64,000 nucleotides of DNA from Promethearchaeota archaeon. GTDB taxonomy: Archaea; Asgardarchaeota; Lokiarchaeia; Sigyniarchaeales; SOKP01. The stretch lies in assembly GCA_016926735.1 (NCBI GenBank), contig JAFGOA010000215.1, positions 1 to 64,000 on the forward strand. The letters run 5' to 3'. Below are positions 18,686 to 27,508 of this stretch, one piece after another (within the stretch, counting starts at the first letter, position 1; each line of letters starts with the position of its first letter). The translations under genes and the position numbers were made by a program. Below the pieces are notes generated by a model. It was given only the letters and a program-made list of their open reading frames with translations. It had not been told where the DNA came from and made no database searches.

Positions 18686-21600
18686 TTATTCTCTATTCTT
18701 TAGCATTGTTTCTATTAATTTAATTCTTTCTTTTGGTTCCAAATTAATTAATTCTCTTATAAAACGTCCTTTTTCCTTTAAGGTTAGATCAAGTAAATCA
18801 ATCTTTTTAAATAGAGAAGGTGTAATTGAACCCATCATATAATTATGTATTTCAGGTATTTCATTGATTTTTTTATTTGATTCAATATAGTCTTTTAAGT
18901 AGGGCATATTTTTCATTAAGGATTCATATGTATCATCTTTTGATTTATGAATCGTCTCATATTGATCAATTATATCTATATTTTCATTAAAACTATTTTT
19001 TGAACTAGAAATTCTATTATCTATTTTTGATAAATTTTTTGAAGTAGTACTTAATCGAGGTTCTATTAATTTTTTCTTTTCTTCTCTTTTTTTAATTGTG
19101 TCTAAAATATTATTTCCTAAAAATAAGCTTCCTATTAGTAAACATGAAAAAATAATTATTATAATGATAATCTGAAGTGTTAAATTTTGAGTATGTATTG
19201 TTTGAAAAACAAGTGGAAAGTGATCTACAGAATTTGCCGAACCATTTATAAAATAGGGGATGTCACCAATACCGTCATTATTTGAATCTATTCCTACGTA
19301 ATCATCCCAATAATTTCCTATTACTCCATTATCCCATTGATTAAGATAACCATCATCTTTTGCATTCATTTGATTTCCTATGAAGTAATTTAAATATATT
19401 GTGTTATTATCTGAATACCCATCATTAATAATGATACCAATATCATTACAGAATATATTATTATAACTAATATTCAACTCAGAACTGTGGGATATTAACA
19501 ATCCATGTTCTTTATTATATGTAATTGAATTATTGAAAATTATCCCTCTATCACCATAATCTAAATTAATCCCTTTGTGTTCATTATAACTGATATTATT
19601 TTGATTTATTTCGCAAATACTTGAAATTAATTCAACTCCATTTTCATGATTATATAGTATATTATTTAATATAATTTTAATAAGATCTCCTTCACCATCT
19701 ATTCCATTTCGAGTATTATTATTAATAAGATTTCTGGTTATGTTTATCTCGTTGATATTATAATAATTAATACCATTTAAATTAAAAGATATAATATTAT
19801 TATCTATAACAATGCTTTGAGAACTTACACAATAAATTCCATTATTGATATTATTGGAAATCTCATTATTTTGAATTGTGATATTTGAGCATGAAAATAA
19901 TATTATTCCTCCTCCATATATTAGATCTATATTATTGATTATCGAATTATTACATTCAATTAATACAATTTTACCAGGATTTCCTAAATAAGTAAAATTG
20001 TCTGCAATAAGATTGGTTTTATTTGTATACCAATAGATTAATTTTCCATTAATTTTGTTTGTTAATGGAACATATAGAGTGGAAAGACCACCACCATAAT
20101 CATCTAGAAAAGTTATATCACTGTTGATAAGAGTATTATTTGAAATAACTAATCCATCATTATCGAAATTAAGATAAATTCCATTACTAGTATTTTGAAT
20201 TGTATTATTATAAAATAAAGAATCTATACAATAACTTATTGAAACACCATTATTATTATCTGAGATATTATTATAACTTATTTTACTATAATGTGAATTT
20301 GAGATTAAAATTCCATATTCTTTATTAAAGCTTATATTATTATAAGAAATCATACTAAAACGGGAATTTAGCATTAAAATTCCATATTCACTATTATTTG
20401 TTATGTGGTTATCTACAACACTGCAATTATAAGCATTTCTATTAAAAATTCCACTCATATTATTATTTAATATAGTATTTAATTTTATTGTACTATTTTT
20501 AGTAATATCAGCAATAAAGTTAACACCATATTCACCATTACCTATTATTTTATTACAAGTTATATTTGTTGAATCTGCATCAATATAGATACCATTGAGA
20601 CTATTATTTCTTATTGTATTGTTATATATTATATAATATGTCCCTGATTTGATATTTATTCCTTCTTCTTTATTATTCTCTATAAAATTTCTTTCTATTA
20701 ATGTAGAATTTCCAGATGACCATGAAGCGATTCCATCTTGGGAATTGAAAGAGAGTGTATTATTGATAATTCTGCATTTATATTCTGATGAAGCTCCAAA
20801 TCTAAAAATCGCGCTTTTATAATTATAGCTTAGGTTACAATTCATTATTGTTATATTATTGCAGTAAAATATTGAAATAGCATCTGAACTATTAGAGATC
20901 TCTAGGTCAGTAATAATTGTATTATTACAATTAACTAAAATAATCTGGCCAGGAGCACCGTTTATATTGAAATCAGAAAAACCTAGATTAGTTGTATTAT
21001 AATAATAATAAATTGCTTTCTCATTAACTCTATTTGATATATCAATATTAAATGAAGTGAGAAGAACTAAATCAATGGTTTGTCTTATTAAAATCCCACA
21101 ATTAGTCATATTATTATTCTTTATAATATAATTTTGACCATATGTATAGAAATAAATCCCATAACCATTATTCATTATATTATTGTTAGATATATTACAG
21201 AATTTTGATTTGGCATTTAGTACAATTCCCCATCCACAATTAGATACAATATTATTAAAAATTGTACTATTATCAGAAGAGATTTCAATTCCATAATATT
21301 CAACTCCTTCTATGGTATTTTCTTCAATAAAACATTTATTACCACTAGAAACTCTAATTCCCCTATCTGTAATATTGTATAAATAATTATTTTTAATTGT
21401 AATATTGAAACCATTGGAAACAGAAATACCATTATCATTCACCCAACTTATATTATTATTTTCTATTTCCATATCTTTCCCTTCTAATACTAATCCTCTT
21501 TTAACATCATGGATTTCATTATTTCTGATATTTGTATAATTACTTGGTTTAAATATACAAATTCCATCTATATGTGATGAATAAATAGTACGTATTGTAT

Positions 21601-22357
21601 AATTATTAATTATTTTATTATTGAAAATACTAGTATTAAGACAAGATATTAGTTCAACTCCATCATCAGCATTGAAGTTTAAATTATTTTTATCTATATC
21701 AATTTTATTACAATATACCGAATGGATACTATCACCATCATCAGTATTAAAATCAAAAAAATTCCCATTATTGGTTATATTATTATATTTTAAAGATATA
21801 TCTTGACTTTCCTCCAAGTAAACCCCGTGATATTCATTATTTTTTATATTATTACTCTCTATAGTTATATTTAGACAGGTCTTAATATATAATCCATAAT
21901 AACCATTTTCATTCATTGTTGAATTCTTAATCAATATATTACTACTATCATTTATTTTCACACCCGCATTTCCTTCAATAGAACCTGATAAAGAAACACT
22001 ACAATTTTCAATAATCAAATAAGCATTAGAGTTTACAATTGTTATACAACTTCCTAGACTATCTCCATCTATTATAATATCTAAGATTTTATATGGATTA
22101 CCAACTGTACCTTCTCCAGAACACCACGATTGAGTTTTTGCCCATGTCCAATTTTGAGCTCCTATTCCTGTTGCTGTACCATTTATAAATATGGGAGTTT
22201 CAAGTATTATTGAGGAGTTTAAATTACTATAATCCCGTTGTTCTCTTTGTATTTCCTTATTTGGGATCATATAAGATGTATATGATAATAAAAAGAGAAT
22301 TATTATAAGAATTGTATATTCCTTATTCCTATTTTTTCTATTTGGAATTATGTTCAT
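18686..22357 (-). CDS. Single-pass receptor-like protein: beta-helix ectodomain, TM, ~140-aa cytoplasmic tail
   Basis: Same N-terminal cap as its neighbour (PIFINGTATG..A.NWTWA..Q.WCSG.GT), beta-helix repeats, TM IIIIIIIFSCLLIGSLFLG, helical tail ending FIRELINLEPKERIKLIETML. Confidence 0.85.
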   Translation of the reverse strand: MNIIPNRKNRNKEYTILIIILFLLSYTSYMIPNKEIQREQRDYSNLNSSIILETPIFINGTATGIGAQNWTWAKTQSWCSGEGTVGNPYKILDIIIDGDSLGSCITIVNSNAYLIIENCSVSLSGSIEGNAGVKINDSSNILIKNSTMNENGYYGLYIKTCLNITIESNNIKNNEYHGVYLEESQDISLKYNNITNNGNFFDFNTDDGDSIHSVYCNKIDIDKNNLNFNADDGVELISCLNTSIFNNKIINNYTIRTIYSSHIDGICIFKPSNYTNIRNNEIHDVKRGLVLEGKDMEIENNNISWVNDNGISVSNGFNITIKNNYLYNITDRGIRVSSGNKCFIEENTIEGVEYYGIEISSDNSTIFNNIVSNCGWGIVLNAKSKFCNISNNNIMNNGYGIYFYTYGQNYIIKNNNMTNCGILIRQTIDLVLLTSFNIDISNRVNEKAIYYYYNTTNLGFSDFNINGAPGQIILVNCNNTIITDLEISNSSDAISIFYCNNITIMNCNLSYNYKSAIFRFGASSEYKCRIINNTLSFNSQDGIASWSSGNSTLIERNFIENNKEEGINIKSGTYYIIYNNTIRNNSLNGIYIDADSTNITCNKIIGNGEYGVNFIADITKNSTIKLNTILNNNMSGIFNRNAYNCSVVDNHITNNSEYGILMLNSRFSMISYNNISFNKEYGILISNSHYSKISYNNISDNNNGVSISYCIDSLFYNNTIQNTSNGIYLNFDNDGLVISNNTLINSDITFLDDYGGGLSTLYVPLTNKINGKLIYWYTNKTNLIADNFTYLGNPGKIVLIECNNSIINNIDLIYGGGIILFSCSNITIQNNEISNNINNGIYCVSSQSIVIDNNIISFNLNGINYYNINEINITRNLINNNTRNGIDGEGDLIKIILNNILYNHENGVELISSICEINQNNISYNEHKGINLDYGDRGIIFNNSITYNKEHGLLISHSSELNISYNNIFCNDIGIIINDGYSDNNTIYLNYFIGNQMNAKDDGYLNQWDNGVIGNYWDDYVGIDSNNDGIGDIPYFINGSANSVDHFPLVFQTIHTQNLTLQIIIIIIIFSCLLIGSLFLGNNILDTIKKREEKKKLIEPRLSTTSKNLSKIDNRISSSKNSFNENIDIIDQYETIHKSKDDTYESLMKNMPYLKDYIESNKKINEIPEIHNYMMGSITPSLFKKIDLLDLTLKEKGRFIRELINLEPKERIKLIETMLKNRE

Positions 22358-22374
22358 TTTAATCTAACCTCTTT

Positions 22375-22782
22375 TTATTCTTTTTTACAAATATAATATA
22401 GAATTTTATTATTCACATCTAATTTTTTTAAATATTGATATTTTTTTAAAATGGTAAGATGCCAGATAATTTTGCTTTTTTTTATTTTAAAATAGTTAGT
22501 TAATTCTTCAATTGATTTACCAGGATTCTTTTCTAAATATTTTAGTATCTTTAATCTTAGAGATAAATCGATAATCTCATGATTTCTTAATATTGGTGCC
22601 ACAGTAAATATATTTTCCTTAATCATTTGTTTAAATAAACGTTCTATTTCATTTTTATTTATATTTTTTATTATTTCTTCGTCATTATATATTTCTTTAA
22701 TTATTTGTTGCATTTTTGTTTTTTTTTTTAATCTTATTATTGTATCGATTTTATTTCTTATTTCTTTTTCAATTGGAATCAA
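22375..22782 (-). CDS. Winged-HTH transcriptional regulator (two wHTH units)
   Basis: LRLKILKYLEKNPG...IIWHLTIL; 17 nt gap to the receptor gene. Confidence 0.75.
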   Translation of the reverse strand: MIPIEKEIRNKIDTIIRLKKKTKMQQIIKEIYNDEEIIKNINKNEIERLFKQMIKENIFTVAPILRNHEIIDLSLRLKILKYLEKNPGKSIEELTNYFKIKKSKIIWHLTILKKYQYLKKLDVNNKILYYICKKE

Positions 22783-22850
22783 TACAATTCACTTAATTTA
22801 GATCTTTAAAATATATTTGATATAACTATAATAACAATAAATTTAATAGA

Positions 22851-22873
22851 ATTTAAAGAGCCTTGGACTAAAA
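22851..22873 (-). promoter_or_regulatory. GTCC-box + TATA promoter of the wHTH-receptor operon
   Basis: Sense strand TTTTAGTCCAAGG-CTC-TTTAAAT. Confidence 0.6.
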
Positions 22874-22931
22874 GTGAAATTATTAATATTGATTTAAATT
22901 ATTTTTTCCTCCCTAATCATTTTTATTTATC

Positions 22932-23582
22932 CTAAAAAGGATCTTTGTAAAATTTATATCTTTTTTTTTTTTCCCCATTAACCTTCTTTATTAAATTCAA
23001 TTCTACTAATTGATTTAAATATTTTTTTAATGTAGAATAATGAATCGATAATAATTCTGATAAAACTGTTGGTCTTAAGGGTGTACCTTTATTTTTTAAT
23101 AAATTAATAATAGACCTTATTTTCTCATTTTTTAGGATTATATATAAAATATCATCCTTTGGAGTAGATTCAAATCTAAATATGTTTTTTTGACTTTGAT
23201 ACTTTACAATACGAATAAATTGAAAATGTTCCATAATTTTTAGGTGCCAGAAAATACTATTACTCCCAATACTGAATTCTTTTTTGATATCATTAATATT
23301 AGCTCCTGGATTATTTTTTATATATTCATAAATATTTCTTCGAATGGGTAATTCTAATACATCGTCCTTTACTAATCTAATTCCTATGACTATTTTTTTT
23401 TTTTTTACCAGATTTTTTACAATTATTTCAATTTTGTTTCTATTAAAATTATCATTTGATTTTAAACGATAAGTTATAAAATTAATTATATCAATCAAGT
23501 TGTTAATTGTTTTTTTTTTAATATATTCCTTTATAATTTTATAAACAATTTGTTCGTCTTTATCAAATAACTCTTTTTTCAT
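22932..23582 (-). CDS. Multi-wHTH transcriptional regulator; paralog of 45218..45937
   Basis: RRNIYEYIKNNPG...IFWHLKIME plus a C-terminal HTH (LSELLSIHYSTLKKYLNQL). Confidence 0.82.
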   Translation of the reverse strand: MKKELFDKDEQIVYKIIKEYIKKKTINNLIDIINFITYRLKSNDNFNRNKIEIIVKNLVKKKKIVIGIRLVKDDVLELPIRRNIYEYIKNNPGANINDIKKEFSIGSNSIFWHLKIMEHFQFIRIVKYQSQKNIFRFESTPKDDILYIILKNEKIRSIINLLKNKGTPLRPTVLSELLSIHYSTLKKYLNQLVELNLIKKVNGEKKKRYKFYKDPF

Positions 23583-23769
23583 TTTATAAAAAAATTTAAC
23601 TTTAGTTTATTGAGTTTTATCTATCTAAATTATTATTTTTTAAAAATATTCTATATTAATTTTTATTAAATTAAAGTAAAAATCTATTAAGTTTTTTTAA
23701 TTAGATACAATCATAAATAGGATTATAATTACAAATAGAAATTTCTAAATATTAAATAATTTTTCAAAA

Positions 23770-24552
23770 ATGCATCTAATTTCAATAAAATTACCTCTAA
23801 TCAAACAAAATGATCTTTTATTAGATATTTTGGTTAAAAATTTAAAAAAAGATAATGAATCAATCAATGAAGGAGATGTTCTTGTAATTTCTGAGAAAGT
23901 TGTAGCTACTTCTCAAGGTAGAATTATGACTCTTTCTAAGGTTAATAAAATTTCTGAAAAAGCGAAGATTTTATCAAAAAAATATGATATGGATGAACGT
24001 TTTGTTGAGTTGATACTTCAAGAATCTAAAATGATACTGGGAGGTATGGAGCATGTTATTTTGACAAAAGTTGATGATTTCCTTATAGCTAATTCTGGAA
24101 TAGATCAATCAAATGCAGGAGAAGGAAATGTTGTATTGTTGCCAAAAAATTTAAAAGAAACAACATGGAATTTATATGAAGAAATTAAAAAATTGTTTAA
24201 AATCAATAATTTTGGCATAATCATTGCAGATTCAAGAGTCCAACCATTAAGAAAAGGGACAATTGGAATAGCAATATCATCAGCTGGATTTGAACCTATA
24301 GAAGATATGAGAGGAAAACCCGATCTTTTTGGAAGACCATTACAAATCACATTAAGAGCTGTAGCAGATGATTTAGCAAGCGCAGCTCAATTTATGCTGA
24401 ATGAAGGAAATCAACAAACCCCTGTAGTAATAATAAGAGGAGCTAATCTTAAGTTTACGGAAAATCCAAAATCCTCTCCTAAATTAGAACCGGAAAAATG
24501 TTTGTATATGAATATTTTCTCTAAATATCTTCTAAAGAAAAAAAAAGAATAA
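23770..24552 (+). CDS. cofE: Coenzyme F420-0:L-glutamate ligase
   Basis: GDVLVISEKVVATSQGR, ANSGIDQSN, IIADS, D.RG..DLFGR.L, P.VIIRG. Confidence 0.9.
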   Translation: MHLISIKLPLIKQNDLLLDILVKNLKKDNESINEGDVLVISEKVVATSQGRIMTLSKVNKISEKAKILSKKYDMDERFVELILQESKMILGGMEHVILTKVDDFLIANSGIDQSNAGEGNVVLLPKNLKETTWNLYEEIKKLFKINNFGIIIADSRVQPLRKGTIGIAISSAGFEPIEDMRGKPDLFGRPLQITLRAVADDLASAAQFMLNEGNQQTPVVIIRGANLKFTENPKSSPKLEPEKCLYMNIFSKYLLKKKKE

Positions 24553-24578
24553 TATAAAGTATAACACATAATTTTGAA

Positions 24579-25466
24579 TTATTTAATATGATAAATTTTA
24601 TTAAGTTCAGTAATAAATCTATTAGATGGTTTATATCTTTCCAAGCCTTTTATTAATTTTTCTTTCCAATCAATTAAATTAATTTTTATATTCATTGTTC
24701 CTAAAAAAGAATTAATATATAAAGGGTTTTTAAGAATTGCTTTACCAATCATAATTCCTAATATTGTATTTTTCCATTTTTTAATTTCAATATTTTGAAA
24801 TTGAGATTGAATCTTATAAACATCATCAATAGTACTTATTCCTCCATTAATAATTATTTTATATTCACAATTTAGGATATCTTCTAAATATTCCCAATGA
24901 GGTCTAGAATCTGAATTTTGGCGGGCATGTCGAAAATGAATGATTGTTGGTGCTATCCTATCATCATCTAATTTTTCAATTTCTTCTAATAACTGTAGTA
25001 CTTTTTTATATTTCATTTCTTGTTGATTTATACCTAATCGCATTTTACAGCTGATTTTAATAAAATCTATATTTGAGGAGTTTAAAAAGGTATTAAATAA
25101 ATTTATAAGTCTTTTTGTTCGCTTTATTAAGGCCGCTCCATCGCCTGCTCTAATTATATCTGGTTCTGGGCAACAAGCATTTATATTTACACCATATATA
25201 AATTTTCTTTTAGGATAATTATAACAAAAGTCTACAATGAATTTAGGTAATGCTTTCATATCCGAAAGACTATGAGTTAAAATTTGTAACCATTGATTTT
25301 GATTGGGAATTTCATATGTATCTATTAATTCTAATGCCTTTTCTTTTTGATATAGCAAAGAATTAAGATTTAGCATTTCTGTATAACTATCTGAGATATA
25401 ACTAAAGGAATTCCTAAAAGCCCAACATGTAATATTTTTCATTGGCGCTAAGTAAATATGTTGCAT
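24579..25466 (-). CDS. tRNA-dihydrouridine synthase family flavoprotein
   Basis: LAPM, AFR, N.CCP, GAAL, KMRLG, IH.R, NGGI, GIMIGKA. Confidence 0.8.
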   Translation of the reverse strand: MQHIYLAPMKNITCWAFRNSFSYISDSYTEMLNLNSLLYQKEKALELIDTYEIPNQNQWLQILTHSLSDMKALPKFIVDFCYNYPKRKFIYGVNINACCPEPDIIRAGDGAALIKRTKRLINLFNTFLNSSNIDFIKISCKMRLGINQQEMKYKKVLQLLEEIEKLDDDRIAPTIIHFRHARQNSDSRPHWEYLEDILNCEYKIIINGGISTIDDVYKIQSQFQNIEIKKWKNTILGIMIGKAILKNPLYINSFLGTMNIKINLIDWKEKLIKGLERYKPSNRFITELNKIYHIK

Positions 25467-25633
25467 ACAAACTCTCTAATATAGTTTCCTCTTTAGTTTT
25501 AAATGTGAAAATTCCTAAAAATATTATCTTTTATTTTTAAAAAAGAAATAGTATTATGTATACAAAGTTTTATAGATTTTTAAAAATTAGAAAATTTAAA
25601 GAAATTTAAAAAACCTTTTTTAGATTTAAAACA

Positions 25634-27109
25634 ATGAAAATCACGGATTTCATGGCTTATGAGCTAATAGAACAAATAAAAAACAAGGAATTAAAAATAA
25701 TCGATATTATCCAACAAACTTATGAAAATATTGAGAAAGTTGAAAATTCTGTCCATTCTTTTGTTAGTTTATCGAAAGAAAAAGCAATTGAAAAAGCTAA
25801 AAATTTAGATAAACAAATTGAAAATAAAAAGCTAAAAGGAAAATTATTTGGTTTACCAATTGCAATTAAAGATTTAATCTGTATTAAGGATAGTCCTACA
25901 ACTTGCTGTTCTAAAATTCTTAAAGATTTTAAACCCCCTTATAATGCAACAATAATAGAAAGACTGTTAAATAATGAAAATGCTATTTGTGTTGGAAGGA
26001 CCAATATGGATGAATTTGCTATGGGTAGTTCAACTGAAAATAGTTGTTATGGCCCCAGTTATAATCCATGGGATCTTGTAAGAGTTCCTGGAGGTTCTAG
26101 CGGAGGATCTGCTACCTCCGTTTCTTCCGGTCAGGTATTGTTTTCAATAGGTACAGATACCGGAGGAAGTATTAGATGTCCTGCTTCTTATTGTGGAGTT
26201 GTTGGTCTGAAACCTACATATGGAAGAGTCTCTCGTTATGGTCTAATTTCCTATGCGAATTCTCTGGATGTAATTGGACCTATAACTCATTGTGTTAAAG
26301 ATACCGCTTTATTATTAGAAGTAATTGCTGGTAAAGATCCTCTAGATTCTACCTCTTTTGATATAAAAGTTGATGATTATTCTCAAAATCTTGATCAATC
26401 AATCGAAAATAAAATACTTGGTGTTCCTAAAGAATTTTTCGGAGATGGAATTCAACCAAATGTAAAAAATAAGATTAATGATACTATTAAATTGTCAGAG
26501 AAACTAGGAGCGGAAATAAAAGAGATAACTCTTCCTCATTTAGAATATACGATTCCCACCTATTATTTAATAGCGATGAGTGAAGCTAGCTCGAATTTGG
26601 CTCGATTTGATGGATTGAGATATGGAGAAATGTATGATAATCCACAAAATGATGTTTTTGAAATTTTTAGTAAAACTAGAGGAGAAAAATTTGGAGAAGA
26701 AGTAAGACGTAGAATTATTTTAGGGACGTATACCTTATCCGCTGGATATTATGATATGTTTTATATAAAAGCTCTTAAAATAAGAACATTAATTAAACAA
26801 GATTTCAAAAATGCTTTTACTCAATGTGATGCAATTGTCTGTCCTACTATGCCAACAACAGCTTTCAAAATTGGAGAATTAATAGATGATCCATTACAAA
26901 TGTATTTAATGGATACTCTAACATGTCCTGTTAATTTGGCGGGATTGCCTGCATTATCTATACCATGTGGTTTTGATAATAATAATTTACCAATTGGATT
27001 TCAGATCATTGGAAATTATTTTGATGAAAAGATGATTTTAAATATTGGATATTTAATTGAGAAAAAGTTAGATATTTATAGAAAAATACCTCCATTATTA
27101 AAAAAATAG
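25634..27109 (+). CDS. gatA: Asp/Glu-tRNA amidotransferase subunit A
   Basis: G.PIAIKD, TNMDEFAMGSSTE, PGGSSGGSA, GTDTGGSIR.PA, SNLARFDG.RYG. Confidence 0.96.
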   Translation: MKITDFMAYELIEQIKNKELKIIDIIQQTYENIEKVENSVHSFVSLSKEKAIEKAKNLDKQIENKKLKGKLFGLPIAIKDLICIKDSPTTCCSKILKDFKPPYNATIIERLLNNENAICVGRTNMDEFAMGSSTENSCYGPSYNPWDLVRVPGGSSGGSATSVSSGQVLFSIGTDTGGSIRCPASYCGVVGLKPTYGRVSRYGLISYANSLDVIGPITHCVKDTALLLEVIAGKDPLDSTSFDIKVDDYSQNLDQSIENKILGVPKEFFGDGIQPNVKNKINDTIKLSEKLGAEIKEITLPHLEYTIPTYYLIAMSEASSNLARFDGLRYGEMYDNPQNDVFEIFSKTRGEKFGEEVRRRIILGTYTLSAGYYDMFYIKALKIRTLIKQDFKNAFTQCDAIVCPTMPTTAFKIGELIDDPLQMYLMDTLTCPVNLAGLPALSIPCGFDNNNLPIGFQIIGNYFDEKMILNIGYLIEKKLDIYRKIPPLLKK

Positions 27110-27145
27110 ACTTTAGTGATAATAGAATTCACGAGATAATTATTT

Positions 27146-27478
27146 TTAACAGCAACATTTTTTATCAGTATTTTTTCTCTTATTACTAGCTCTTTGTCTT
27201 GCATCCCATAAACAACCACATCCTTTTTCTTCAACTAACAGTATTGCTTGTTCAGGACAATTTCTTTCACAAGCACTACATTGTATACACAACTCAGGTT
27301 TATATATTTCATATTTATTGTTTAAATTGATTTTTGGAAGTCCAAATGGGCATATATCAGCACATAAACCGCAACCAATACATTTAGATTGATTAATTGT
27401 TATTTTTATATTTATTAAATTTAAAATTTGTTTAGTTGTATTGGAATTACAACATGATGATTTTTCAGTCTCAGACAT
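27146..27478 (-). CDS. hgcB: HgcB-like 2x[4Fe-4S] ferredoxin with Cys-rich termini
   Basis: CIGCGLCADICP and CIQCSACERNCP, then GCGC (HgcB GVGC position) and C-terminal CCC; 30 nt downstream of the hgcA-like gene. Confidence 0.75.
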   Translation of the reverse strand: MSETEKSSCCNSNTTKQILNLINIKITINQSKCIGCGLCADICPFGLPKINLNNKYEIYKPELCIQCSACERNCPEQAILLVEEKGCGCLWDARQRASNKRKNTDKKCCC

Positions 27479-27508
27479 TATTATTGTTTACCTCATATAA
27501 TATAATGA

